Assembly: GCA_963728735.1 (NCBI GenBank)
Contig: CAVSLX010000021.1
Span: forward strand, 4,518-68,517
Direction of reading: 5' to 3'
Source of the DNA: an uncultured Actinomycetes bacterium
GTDB taxonomy: Bacteria > Actinomycetota > UBA4738 > HRBIN12
Length of the DNA stretch: 64,000 nucleotides
Part shown: piece by piece, positions 29,720 to 38,878 of the stretch
How the letters are laid out: the number at the start of each line of letters is the position of its first letter
How positions within the stretch are numbered: the stretch's first letter is position 1
Position numbers and translations under genes: made by a program
The notes under the pieces: model-generated
What the model was told of the DNA's origin: nothing
The model's input: only the letters and a program-made list of their open reading frames with translations
Databases searched by the model: none

Positions 29720-31099
29720 TCAGCCTTCGTCGACGTCGTCGCCCTCCAGCGCGTAGAGCACCGCGCGGGCGAGATCGTGCACCTCGTCGTCGGCGACGGT
29801 GCGGCAATCGAGCAGGGCCGCTCCGTCGTCGATCCGGCAGAACACCGGGATCGGGTCGGCCCGCAGCCGTGCGGCGAAGGCCGGAGGATCCGGCACCGAC
29901 ATCCGGACCGCCCACGACGGCATCGTGAAGCCCGGCATCGAGCCGCCGCCGACGACGGATTCCGTCCGGACGATATGCGCCCCCTCGAGGTCGCCGCCGA
30001 TCGACTCGGCCACCCGGCGGGCGCGTTTCGCGACGGCGTCCGGCGGTTCGTGCAACATCCGGTTGACGGGGATCGCCGCCCGCTCGCCGACGAGGTGGAG
30101 CCGGAGCGTCGCCTCGAGGGCCGCGACCTGGAGCTTGTCGACGCGCACCGCCCGAGCGATCGGGTGTTTCCGGAGCGTGTCGACGAGGTCGGCTTTTCCG
30201 ACCACGATCCCGGCCTGCGGGCCGCCGAGCAGCTTGTCGCCGCTGCACGTCACGAGGTCGGCGCCTTGCTCGAGCGCGTCGCGCACCGTGGGCTCGTCCG
30301 CCGGAAGTCCGCGTTCCCGATCGAGCAGCCCGGAGCCGACGTCGTAGATGAACGCCGCGCCGTGTTTCTGCGCGAGGGCGGCAAGGTCTTTCGCCGCCGG
30401 CGAAGCGGTGAATCCCACGACGCGGTAATTCGACGGATGCACCTTCAGGATCGCGCCGAGACGCGGCGTCACGGCACCGCGGTAGTCGCCGATCCTCGTC
30501 CGGTTCGTGGCGCCCACCTCCACGAGCTTGGCGCCCGACGCGGCCATGATCGCCGGGATCCGGAACTCCCCCCCGATCTCGATCAGCTCGCCGCGCGAGA
30601 CGAGCACCTGCTTGCCCTTCGCGAGCGAGGCGAGCGCGAGCAGGAGCGCGGCCGCGCAGTTGTTCACGACGAGGACGTCTTCGGCACCGGTGAGGGCGGC
30701 GAGCATCGCCTCGGCGCGGGTCGCCCGCTTCCCGCGCGCGCCGCTCTCGCGATCGACCTCGAGATCCCCGTACCGCCCGGCGACACGGGCGATCGCGCGT
30801 GCGGCCGCGTCCGCGAGCGGCGCCCGGCCGAGGTTCGTGTGCAGCACGACGCCGGTGGCGTTGATCACCGGCGTGAGTCCGGCCGAGATCACGGCGGCCC
30901 GACCGGCAGCGCGCGCGAGGATCTCGTCGCCGGTCGGCACCTCGTCGCCCACCGAGATCTGCGCGCGAACCTCGGCGATCGTGCGCCCGAGCTCGCGCTT
31001 CAGGAGGGGACGTCCGAGGGAGGCGGCGGCGCGCTGGCCCGGCGCCGAGCGGAGCACCGCGTCGACCGAAGGGAGTCGCCTGCGCGCGTCGGTGACCAT
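29720..31099 (-). CDS. selA: L-seryl-tRNA(Sec) selenium transferase SelA
   Basis: [16 protein letters not shown]...[19 protein letters not shown]...[13 protein letters not shown]...[19 protein letters not shown] (PLP lysine context). The 548-aa ORF was trimmed to the ATG at 31099. Confidence 0.9.
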   Translation of the reverse strand: MVTDARRRLPSVDAVLRSAPGQRAAASLGRPLLKRELGRTIAEVRAQISVGDEVPTGDEILARAAGRAAVISAGLTPVINATGVVLHTNLGRAPLADAAARAIARVAGRYGDLEVDRESGARGKRATRAEAMLAALTGAEDVLVVNNCAAALLLALASLAKGKQVLVSRGELIEIGGEFRIPAIMAASGAKLVEVGATNRTRIGDYRGAVTPRLGAILKVHPSNYRVVGFTASPAAKDLAALAQKHGAAFIYDVGSGLLDRERGLPADEPTVRDALEQGADLVTCSGDKLLGGPQAGIVVGKADLVDTLRKHPIARAVRVDKLQVAALEATLRLHLVGERAAIPVNRMLHEPPDAVAKRARRVAESIGGDLEGAHIVRTESVVGGGSMPGFTMPSWAVRMSVPDPPAFAARLRADPIPVFCRIDDGAALLDCRTVADDEVHDLARAVLYALEGDDVDEG

Positions 31100-31169
31100 G
31101 GCCGCGAGCCTACCTCGGCGGCGTTCGGCCCTCTCCGGGTCGCCGGAGCGGCGGGTAGGATAGGCCGCG

Positions 31170-32363
31170 ATGGTCGACAGCCCCACGCGCCCCCAGTTCC
31201 AGTCCTCGGAGCTCATGAACATGGTCCGGGGTGGAGGGCTCGACGTCGACGTCGTCCCGGCCGGGGAGTTCACGACCGAGGAGATGATCCTCAACATCGG
31301 TCCGCAGCACCCGGCGACGCACGGCGTGCTGCGCATCGTCCTCGAGCTCGATGGCGAGGTCATCACGCGCGCCGAGCCGGTGATCGGCTACATGCACCGA
31401 GGTGCCGAGAAGCTCGCGGAATTCCGCGACGCGCGCCAAACGCTCGTGCTGATGAACCGCCACGACTGGCTGTCGGCGTTCAACAACGAGCTCGGCTGGA
31501 CGATCGCGGTCGAGCGCCTGGCCGGCATCGAGGTGCCCGACCGGGCGCAGTGGATCCGCACGATGCTCGCCGAGTGGAACCGCATCCTGAATCACCTGAT
31601 GTTCATGGGTTCCTACCCGCTCGAGCTCGGCGCGATGACGCCGATCTTCTACGCGTTCCGGGAGCGCGAGATGATCCAGGACCTCATGGAGTCGTGCACG
31701 GGCGCGCGCATGCACCATTCGTTCTGCCGTGTCGGGGGCCTCAAGGATGATCTTCCGCGCGGGTTCCTCAAGAGGAGCCTCGAGGTCGTCGGCCACATCC
31801 GCGCCGCGGTCGACGAATACGAGCACCTCATCATGGGCAACGAGATCGTCTTCAAGCGGTGCCGTGACGTCGGCACGTTGCCGGCCTCGATCGCCCTGCA
31901 GTTCGGCTGTTCGGGTCCGACCCTGCAGGCGAGCGGCGTCGCGATGGACCCCCGCAAGGACGAGCCCTACGAGAAGTACGCCGAGGTCGACTTCGACGTC
32001 CCGGTCGGCTCCCGCGGGGACAGCTACGACCGCCTCTGGGTCCTCCTCGAGCGCGTCAAGCAGAGCTGCCGGATCATCGAGCAGTGCGTCGACAAGCTGC
32101 CGCCCGGCCCCTACCGAGCCGAGAAGCTGCCCAAGACGCTGAAGCTCGAGGGCGAGACCTACGTGCGAACCGAGAACCCGCTCGGGTTGATGGGCTACTA
32201 CGTGGTCGGCGACGGCAAGACGCAGCCGTACCGGCTCAAGATGCGCACCGCCTCGTTCTCGAACGTGAGCGTGATCCCCGCGATCCTGCCGGGCCAGCTC
32301 GTGCCCGACCTGATCGCGATCCTCGGCTCGATCTTCTTCGTCGTCGGCGACGTCGACCGCTAA
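31170..32363 (+). CDS. nuoD: NADH-quinone oxidoreductase subunit D homologue, stand-alone
   Basis: Intact 397 aa: [17 protein letters not shown]...[10 protein letters not shown]...[15 protein letters not shown]...LMGYYVV...FSNVSVIP...[18 protein letters not shown]. No other nuo genes flank it. Confidence 0.88.
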   Translation: MVDSPTRPQFQSSELMNMVRGGGLDVDVVPAGEFTTEEMILNIGPQHPATHGVLRIVLELDGEVITRAEPVIGYMHRGAEKLAEFRDARQTLVLMNRHDWLSAFNNELGWTIAVERLAGIEVPDRAQWIRTMLAEWNRILNHLMFMGSYPLELGAMTPIFYAFREREMIQDLMESCTGARMHHSFCRVGGLKDDLPRGFLKRSLEVVGHIRAAVDEYEHLIMGNEIVFKRCRDVGTLPASIALQFGCSGPTLQASGVAMDPRKDEPYEKYAEVDFDVPVGSRGDSYDRLWVLLERVKQSCRIIEQCVDKLPPGPYRAEKLPKTLKLEGETYVRTENPLGLMGYYVVGDGKTQPYRLKMRTASFSNVSVIPAILPGQLVPDLIAILGSIFFVVGDVDR

Positions 32364-32445
32364 GCGGTCGCGGATGAGTCGACCGCTAAGCGGTCGCGGA
32401 TGAATGGACCGCTAAAGCGGTCGCGATAGGGATGAACCGCTAACG
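32353..32445. repeat. About 3.5 tandem copies of a 26-bp unit, each carrying the hairpin GACCGC-TAA-GCGGTC; starts in the last codons of nuoD
   Basis: tcgaccgctaagcggtcgcggatga(g/a) at 32353 and 32379, a degenerate copy tggaccgctaaagcggtcgcgataggg at 32405, and a partial copy atgaaccgctaa. It fills the whole gap between convergent nuoD and the BNR gene. Confidence 0.85.
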
Positions 32446-32446
32446 C

Positions 32447-33889
32447 CTAGCGCTCGACGTTCACCCAGACGTTGCCCGGCCCGTTCCAGCTGAAGCCTTC
32501 GGCCCAGGTCGCGACGGCCTTCCCACGGTTCGTCACCGCGATCTCGCCGTAGTCGCCGTAGAACTCGAGGAAGCCGTTGGCGTTGTCGTAGCCGTTTCCC
32601 GAGATCGCGTCGGAGATCTTCACCGGCGCGCTCCACGTGGCGCCACCGTCGGTCGAGCTCCGAGCGAAGACGTTCCAGCGCTTGGTGTCGTTTTGCGACG
32701 CGTACCACACGCGGAGGTCGCCTCCGCCCATCGCCTCGATCACGGGACCCGTGGAGTGCGCGCCGGCCGCGGAAAGCCGCTTCCGCGCCGACCAGTGCAG
32801 GCCGCCGTCGTCCGACGTGCGGAACCACACCGCTTGCGGACCGCCCGCCACCTCCGCGCCGTCGTACACGTAGTAGAGGCGGTCGCCTCGGTCCGTGGAC
32901 ACGCCGTTGTGCCCGGAGTGGAAGTCTGCATAGCAGCCGGCCGTCTCGCAGGGCGGTCCGAGCTGCACCTTGTCGACCAGGACGTCGCGCCAGGTGGCGC
33001 CGCGGTCGGTCGAGACGAAGACGTGCTGCTGGACGCCGCCAACCGCGCTCGCCCCGGGTCCCGAGTAGTCGAGGCTGCTCTGCGAGAGCACGACCGTGCC
33101 GTCGGAGAGCACCGTGCCGTCGTAGGCGAAGTAGTAGCGATCGCTGTCGACGACCTGCACCTGCGACCAGGTGCGACCGAAGTCATGCGACACCGAGACC
33201 CACGGGTCGCCGCCGGTGGGTCCGTTCCAGGTCGCGTAGACGTGCTTGCCGAAATCGCTCGACGTGAGCGCCGGCTTGTCGTTCCAGGAGACGTTGCCGT
33301 ACGTGCTCACCGGCGCGGACCAGGTCTTGCCGTGGTCGGTCGACTTCACGAAGACCACGTTGTAGCCGTTCAAGTAGAGGGCGTACACATCGCCGGTTTC
33401 GGGCACGACCTCGATGATCGGGTCGTACTGCCATGACCCCTTACACGCGCAGAGCGGCCGGACCTTGCCCCACGTCTTACCGCCGTCGGAGGACACCGCG
33501 AGGGCGATCCACGGCGTCGGGCAGTTACCCGGGCACGTCTTCGGCTTGAATCGCGTCGAGAGCCAGTACACGTACGGCGCGTTCGGGTCGGCCGCGATGG
33601 CGGGCTCCCAGTCGTCGGGCTGGATGTTCATCGGTCGGGCCCCGAGCCAGCCGGGGGCCGCGCTCGTTCGGACGCGCTCGCTCTGGAACTGGCCATCGGC
33701 GACGGCGTCGGCGAGAGCCTCGAGGCGTGCGTCGGTCGTCTCGCGCAGCTCCAGCTTCTCGGCCGGCCCGCCCCTGCTCGGCGGTCGCACCGCCGAGCCC
33801 TGGACGGTGAAGGCCACCACGGCGGCGATCACGAGGGCCGCGACGACGGTCGCGACGACCGGGGCGACGGAACGAGCTCGAGGGGTCAT
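32447..33889 (-). CDS. Secreted or anchored BNR/Asp-box repeat protein (sialidase-like beta-propeller)
   Basis: N-terminal TM is VAPVVATVVAALVIAAVVAF. Six Asp-boxes are present: SSDGGKTW, STDHGKTW, SHDFGRTW, STDRGATW, SDDGGLHW, STDGGATW. Confidence 0.85.
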   Translation of the reverse strand: MTPRARSVAPVVATVVAALVIAAVVAFTVQGSAVRPPSRGGPAEKLELRETTDARLEALADAVADGQFQSERVRTSAAPGWLGARPMNIQPDDWEPAIAADPNAPYVYWLSTRFKPKTCPGNCPTPWIALAVSSDGGKTWGKVRPLCACKGSWQYDPIIEVVPETGDVYALYLNGYNVVFVKSTDHGKTWSAPVSTYGNVSWNDKPALTSSDFGKHVYATWNGPTGGDPWVSVSHDFGRTWSQVQVVDSDRYYFAYDGTVLSDGTVVLSQSSLDYSGPGASAVGGVQQHVFVSTDRGATWRDVLVDKVQLGPPCETAGCYADFHSGHNGVSTDRGDRLYYVYDGAEVAGGPQAVWFRTSDDGGLHWSARKRLSAAGAHSTGPVIEAMGGGDLRVWYASQNDTKRWNVFARSSTDGGATWSAPVKISDAISGNGYDNANGFLEFYGDYGEIAVTNRGKAVATWAEGFSWNGPGNVWVNVER

Positions 33890-33898
33890 GGGGGGGGC

Positions 33899-33945
33899 CT
33901 GTGATCTTGGCTGTGATCTTGGCTGTGATCTTGTGATGTGATCCG
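33899..33945. repeat. 12-bp tandem repeat (ctgtgatcttgg) giving four TGTGATC motifs in the divergent promoter region, next to a G8 tract
   Basis: ctgtgatcttggctgtgatcttggctgtgatcttgtgatgtgatcc. G8 (33890-33897) abuts the BNR start codon. Confidence 0.8.
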
Positions 33946-34097
33946 GGTTGGGCGATCCCGCCCGCGGCCGCGTCCGTCGCGGCCGCGATCCCCGGATCCT
34001 AGTCCGATCGGGCCGGTTCCCGATAGCCCCCCAGTGGTCCCGCCACGAAGTGCCTCGGCGATCGGGTCGCGGTCCGATCGCCGGTACGCTGCGAACC

Positions 34098-34916
34098 GTG
34101 CGTGCGCGGGGGTTCGTCCGGGTCGCTCGCCCGATCGGGGTGGTCGGTGCGAGCGTGGTGTTCCTGCTGCCGTTGCTGATCTTGATCGTGGGGTCGCTGC
34201 GGCCGGAGGGGCTTGCGCCGCCGAGGGCGTTCGAGCTGCCCACCGATCCGACCCTCGCGAACTACTCCCGTGCCGGGGAGCTCGTGCCGCTCGGCCGGCT
34301 GTTCGCGAACAGCCTCTGGGTCTCGGCGATCGTGGTGCCGGTGTCGGTCGTCGTGGCTTCGTGGGCGGGGTTCGCGGCCGGCCGCCTTCCGCGTCGCGGC
34401 GGTACGGCGATCGTGATCGCGGCGATCGTGGCACTGTCGGTGCCGGCGACGGCGCTCGTCGTCGGGCGGCTCGTCGTCTATCGCGCGACGGGGATCGCCG
34501 GGGGCCCCGGCCCCCTGCTCGCCCCGGCTCTCCTCGGCACGACCCCCCTCGCGGTGCTCGTGTTCGCTTGGCGGTTCCGGACCCTGCCCGGCTCGGTCTG
34601 GGACCTCGCTCGCGAGGCGGGGCTCTCGCCGATGGCGACCTGGTGGCACGTCGCGATGCCGCTCACGAGGACGACGACGTCGGCGGTGGCGGCCCTCGCG
34701 TTCCTCCTCACGTGGGGCAACGTGCTCGATCCGCTCTTCTTCGTGCCGGATCCTCGGTGGGCGACCCTTCCGTTGGGGGTGCGGTCGCTCGCGTCTCTTC
34801 CCGCGCCCTCGCAGCCGGTTATGCTCGCCGGCGCGCTGAGCGCGACCCTGCCCGCGCTCGCCGCCGCGACCGCGCTGCTCCGTCGGGCTGCCGACATGGG
34901 GGGCGATCCACGATGA
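34098..34916 (+). CDS. Carbohydrate ABC transporter permease (MalG-type); start uncertain
   Basis: TM-rich with the EAA-like segment VWDLAREAGLSPMATWWHVAMPL. I chose GTG 34098 because the Arg-rich N-terminus of ORF 33948.. is implausible. Confidence 0.7.
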   Translation: MRARGFVRVARPIGVVGASVVFLLPLLILIVGSLRPEGLAPPRAFELPTDPTLANYSRAGELVPLGRLFANSLWVSAIVVPVSVVVASWAGFAAGRLPRRGGTAIVIAAIVALSVPATALVVGRLVVYRATGIAGGPGPLLAPALLGTTPLAVLVFAWRFRTLPGSVWDLAREAGLSPMATWWHVAMPLTRTTTSAVAALAFLLTWGNVLDPLFFVPDPRWATLPLGVRSLASLPAPSQPVMLAGALSATLPALAAATALLRRAADMGGDPR

Positions 34917-36244
34917 ACGTGCAGCTTCGGAGGCGGCGAGGCGCACGCGTTGCGATCGTGCTCGTCTGGGTCCTCATCACTGCCCTCCTCGCGGTGGGAT
35001 GCAGCGGCTCCGCCGACGACGACACCGTCGAGATCGACGAGGTCAGTGTGCTCGTCGCCGGTGACCCCGAAGAGCTCGCCGCCTACCGAGAGGTCGTCGA
35101 AGCGTTCCACGCGTCGCGGTCCGACGTCCGCGTCAGGCTCGAGGAGTTCGCCGAGCGCGACGAGCTGCTGGCGCGTGTCGGTACCTCGATCGCGACGGGC
35201 GCGCCGGTCGACGCCTTCCTCCTGAACTATCGGTATACCGGCCAGCTCGTGGCGACCGGTGCGGTCGAACCGCTCGACGACTACCTCGAAGGATCGAACG
35301 TGTTCGCCTCCGAGGACTTCTTCGAGGAGCCGCTCGAGGCGTTCCGGTTCGACGGGCGGCAGATGTGCCTGCCCCAGAACGCGGCGAGCCTCGTCGTGTA
35401 CTGGAACGAGGATCTCTTCGCCGAGGCGGGGCTCGACCCGCCCGCGGCCGATTGGACGTGGGACGACATGGTCGAGGCCGCGTCGGCGCTCACGAGCGAC
35501 GACGATGGTGACGGAACGGTCGACGTGTACGGCCTCGGCGTGAGCCCCGAGATCCTTCGCCTGGCGCCGACGATCTGGTCGAACGGCGGCGATCTGGTCG
35601 ACGACCCCGAACGCCCGACCCACCTCGCGGTGCGCTCGGCGGAGGCCCTCGGCGCGATCCGATCCTTCCTCGAGCTTCGCGCGGTGCACGGCGTGACGCC
35701 TCCGGAAGAGGAGGCCGAGGCGGAGCCTTTCGAGTCGCGCTTCGCGGCCGGTCGCCTCGGCATGCTGATGGAGTCGCGCAAGGTCGTGCCCGGCATCCGT
35801 GCGGCGGCGACCTTCGCGTGGGACGTTGCGCCGTTCCCGACCCTCGACGAGCCCGCGACCGTCCTGCATTCCGACGGGTACTGCATCACCTCGGCATCGG
35901 CAGCCAAGGACGACGCCTGGCGTTTCATCGAGTTCGCGCTCGGCCCCGAGGGCCAGCGGATCACCGCCGAGGCCGGCCGCACGGTTCCGTCGCTCATCGA
36001 GGTCGCGCGGTCGGCGACGTTCCTCGATCCGGCGGAACCTCCCGCATCGTCCGAGGTCTACCTCGATCACCTCGAGGTCGCACGTCCGGTCCCGACGTCG
36101 CCGGCGTGGCCGCGCGTCGAAGACGCGGCGGACTCGGTGCTCGAGGAGGCGTACTACGAGACCGGGGGGCGGGTCGATGCCGCCGAGGTCGCGCTGTCGC
36201 TCATGCGCGCGACGACGCCCCTGTTCGCCGACGACGGCGGCTGA
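34913..36244 (+). CDS. Sugar ABC transporter substrate-binding lipoprotein (family 1 SBP)
   Basis: ATG overlaps the upstream stop (ATGA). Lipobox is LLAVGCSG. Further matches: DAFLLNYRY...LPQNAASLVVYWNEDLF...DWTWDDM. Confidence 0.82.
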   Translation: MNVQLRRRRGARVAIVLVWVLITALLAVGCSGSADDDTVEIDEVSVLVAGDPEELAAYREVVEAFHASRSDVRVRLEEFAERDELLARVGTSIATGAPVDAFLLNYRYTGQLVATGAVEPLDDYLEGSNVFASEDFFEEPLEAFRFDGRQMCLPQNAASLVVYWNEDLFAEAGLDPPAADWTWDDMVEAASALTSDDDGDGTVDVYGLGVSPEILRLAPTIWSNGGDLVDDPERPTHLAVRSAEALGAIRSFLELRAVHGVTPPEEEAEAEPFESRFAAGRLGMLMESRKVVPGIRAAATFAWDVAPFPTLDEPATVLHSDGYCITSASAAKDDAWRFIEFALGPEGQRITAEAGRTVPSLIEVARSATFLDPAEPPASSEVYLDHLEVARPVPTSPAWPRVEDAADSVLEEAYYETGGRVDAAEVALSLMRATTPLFADDGG

Positions 36245-36246
36245 TC

Positions 36247-37137
36247 GTGGAGCGCCGCGAGCGGATCTGGCTGTGGCTGATGGCGGCGCCCTTCCTCGTC
36301 GGCGTCGTCGCGCTCGTGATCGGGCCGGCCGTCCTGGCCGCCGTGCTCTCGTCGTTCCGATGGGACCTCGTGACCTCGCCGCGCTTCGTGGGTCTCGGCA
36401 GCTATCGCGCGCTCGCGGACGATCCCGTGTTCGCGATCGCGCTCGGCAACTCGCTCCGGTACGCGGCGATCGCGGTGCCGCTTCGGCTCGTGGCGGCCGT
36501 GGCGCTCGCGTCGCTGCTGCGGCGACGGGGATCGGGCGCCGGGTTCGGCCGTGCCGCCGTGCTCTCGCCGAGCGTGATCCCCGACGTCGCGCTCGCCGTC
36601 GTCTGGCTCTGGATCCTGAATCCCCTTCACGGTCCGCTGAATCTGGCCTTGCAGGCGGTCGGGCTCCCGACGCCTGCGTGGTTCTCCGATCCATCGGCGG
36701 CGCGCTGGGCGGTCGTCCTGATGGGGGTGTTCCAGCTGGGAGAAGCATTCGCGATCGCTCTTGCCGCCCGCCGATCGGTGCCGCGTTCGCTCGAGGAGAC
36801 GGCGGCGGCCGCGGGTGCGGGGCCGTGGTCGACCTACGTGCGGATCGTGGTGCCGGCGATGGCGCCTGCGCTCCTGCTGCTCGCGGCGCGAGACACGGTG
36901 TGGAGCCTGCAGGCCACGTTCGTGCCGGCGCTCGTCGTGACCGGCGGTGGCCCGCCCCCGCATGCGACCACCTTCGTGCCCCTGTACGCGTACCGCGAGG
37001 CCTTCGAGTACCTCCGCTTCGGCACGGCGGCCGCGGCCACGGTGGTGATGCTCGCCGTGATCGTCTCGGCGCTGTGGCTCCAATACGTCGCCGTGTCGCG
37101 GATCCCCGGCGCCTCGACGTTCATGCGCGGTCGCTGA
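36247..37137 (+). CDS. Carbohydrate ABC transporter permease (MalF-type)
   Basis: GTG lies 3 nt after the SBP stop. Six TM spans. EAA-like motif is LEETAAAAGAGPWSTYVRIVVP. Confidence 0.78.
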   Translation: MERRERIWLWLMAAPFLVGVVALVIGPAVLAAVLSSFRWDLVTSPRFVGLGSYRALADDPVFAIALGNSLRYAAIAVPLRLVAAVALASLLRRRGSGAGFGRAAVLSPSVIPDVALAVVWLWILNPLHGPLNLALQAVGLPTPAWFSDPSAARWAVVLMGVFQLGEAFAIALAARRSVPRSLEETAAAAGAGPWSTYVRIVVPAMAPALLLLAARDTVWSLQATFVPALVVTGGGPPPHATTFVPLYAYREAFEYLRFGTAAAATVVMLAVIVSALWLQYVAVSRIPGASTFMRGR

Positions 37138-38170
37138 GCCACGGCGGCGGTCGCGTCCCGGGCCGGGCGAGCAGGAGCCACCGCAGGCGCCCGAGCCCGG
37201 CCGGATCGGCGAGCAGGGTCGCGCGGCTCCGACCCGACCAGGTACGGACGGCCTCGAGCCCGGCGCGCGCGTCGAGCAGCTCGTGCTGGCGCCTGAGCTC
37301 GCCGCGGATCCAGCCCTCGAGCCCGAGCGCGATGAGGGCGTCGTGCTGGCTGATCGGGCCGTGCGGCTCGAGACCGCGGGCGACGGCCAGGCGGGCGAGC
37401 AGCCCGAAGTCGACGCCGGCGGTGATGTCGCTCCCACCGGGATCGGCGAGGAGGTCGGCGACCACCCGGTGGCCCCGGTAGCCGTGCCGGGGACCGCCCG
37501 GCGAGCCTACGTCGCCGTAGTCGATCACGAGCGCGGCGCCGCGTGGGATCGCGGCGGCGATCGCGTCGAGCATCTCGACGGCGCCGACCGGAACGATCGT
37601 GTCGCCGTCCCCGTCGTCGCCACCTTCGAACCAGGCGTGCGAGCCCATGTCGACGGGCACCTCGAGCTCCGCGAGCTCGCCGTCGAGGAGTCCGACGCGG
37701 ACCTCCTTCGCGCCGCGCAGCACTCGGAAGGGCAGGTTGTCCAGCAGCTCGTGCGCGAGGACGAGGTCGGCATCGTCGTCGATCGCGGACCGGACCTCGA
37801 CACCGTCGATCCCGCGCAGGGCCTCGCGGGCTCCGGAGCTGGTCTCGACCGCCGTGTAGGCGAGGGGGAGGTCCGTCAGCGTCCCCATCAGCAGGCGAGC
37901 GAGGGTGCCGTCGCCCGCGCCGACCTCGACGACGCGGAACGGCGCCGGCCGATCCAACGCCTCCCACAGGTCGTGGATCCCGCGTCCGAGCAGTTCCCCG
38001 AAGACGGGGTGCACGTGCGGGCTCGTGACGAAGTCGCCCGCAACGCCGACCGGCGGCCGTTCGTAGAAGCCGCCGGGACCGTCGAGGGCGATGGCCATGT
38101 AGTCGGCGAAGGTGATCGGACCGCGCTCCCGGATCGCCGCTACCACCTGCCTGCGGACCTCGTCGCTCAC
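37121..38170 (-). CDS. SAM-dependent methyltransferase, MidA/NDUFAF7 (DUF185) family
   Basis: ITFADYMAIAL...GDFVTSPHVHPVFGELL...RVVEVGAGDGTLA...AHELLDNLP. GTG at 38170. The 3' end overlaps the convergent permease by 17 nt. Confidence 0.75.
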   Translation of the reverse strand: MSDEVRRQVVAAIRERGPITFADYMAIALDGPGGFYERPPVGVAGDFVTSPHVHPVFGELLGRGIHDLWEALDRPAPFRVVEVGAGDGTLARLLMGTLTDLPLAYTAVETSSGAREALRGIDGVEVRSAIDDDADLVLAHELLDNLPFRVLRGAKEVRVGLLDGELAELEVPVDMGSHAWFEGGDDGDGDTIVPVGAVEMLDAIAAAIPRGAALVIDYGDVGSPGGPRHGYRGHRVVADLLADPGGSDITAGVDFGLLARLAVARGLEPHGPISQHDALIALGLEGWIRGELRRQHELLDARAGLEAVRTWSGRSRATLLADPAGLGRLRWLLLARPGTRPPPWLSDRA

Positions 38171-38212
38171 GTCGGGAGTATCCCGAACCCCGCCCGGACG
38201 CCGCCTGGGAGG

Positions 38213-38878
38213 ATGAGCGTCGTGACCGGCGCACCCGAGGACGACGTCACGATCCGCCGCGCGGCGACGGTGATCGCGGTCCGCGACGCAGCCGGGCAGC
38301 CCGAGGTCCTCGTCGTGGAGCGGAGCGCATCGAGTCGTTTCCTGCCCGGCTACGTTGCCTTCCCGGGCGGCGCGGTCGATCCGGACGACGACCGGCTCGC
38401 CGAGCGGTGGTTCGGCGACGCGAGTGAGGCCGTGCGCGCCGCCGCCGTCCGAGAGCTGGTCGAGGAGGTCGGTCTCGCCCTCACCGGCCGCGGCGTGGAG
38501 CCCGCCGGCGGGCTCGCCCCCGTGCACGGGTCGCCGCCGAACCCCGGGCAGCTCATCGAGATCGCGAGGTGGGTCGCGCCCGAAGACGTGCCGGTGCGGT
38601 TCGACGCCCGGTACTTCGCGGTCCGGGCCGGTGGGGACGTCGAGCCGGTCGCCGACGGCACCGAGACGGCGAGCGCCTGGTGGGTCTCGCCCGCCCACCT
38701 CCTGTCGGAATGGGAGGCGGGCGAGCGCCGCCTGTATTGGCCGACGTGGCTCACCGTCACGCAGCTCCTCGTCGCGGCCTCGGTCGACGAGCTGCTCGGC
38801 CTGCGCGTCGAGACGCGCGAACCCGACGACGACGAGGTCGAGGCGATGCCGGCGTCGGTGTTCTGGCAGGACCGATGA
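38213..38878 (+). CDS. NUDIX hydrolase
   Basis: ATG follows gggagg. The Nudix box is FPGGAVDPDD...AAVRELVEEVGL. Confidence 0.8.
   Translation: MSVVTGAPEDDVTIRRAATVIAVRDAAGQPEVLVVERSASSRFLPGYVAFPGGAVDPDDDRLAERWFGDASEAVRAAAVRELVEEVGLALTGRGVEPAGGLAPVHGSPPNPGQLIEIARWVAPEDVPVRFDARYFAVRAGGDVEPVADGTETASAWWVSPAHLLSEWEAGERRLYWPTWLTVTQLLVAASVDELLGLRVETREPDDDEVEAMPASVFWQDR

Noticed and set aside
31100-31169. Search for tRNA-Sec (selC) in the selA-nuoD intergenic region
   Set aside because: Only an imperfect inverted repeat (cctacc...ggtagg) is present. There is no acceptor/T-arm geometry and the region is too short for a ~95-nt tRNA-Sec.
32408-32420. The 13-mer accgctaaagcgg shared between the nuoD hairpin repeat and the Bug-gene intergenic hairpin at 47963-47975
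   Set aside because: It is a short palindromic GC hairpin core. The flanks do not match, and the two sites lie in segments of apparently different origin, so I treat it as coincidence.
33948-34097. The ATG at 33948 as start of the MalG-type permease
   Set aside because: It would add about 50 Arg-rich residues with no hydrophobic character and place the start inside the TGTGATC repeat region, 58 nt from the divergent gene. The GTG at 34098, just before the first TM span, fits permease architecture better, though this is unproven.
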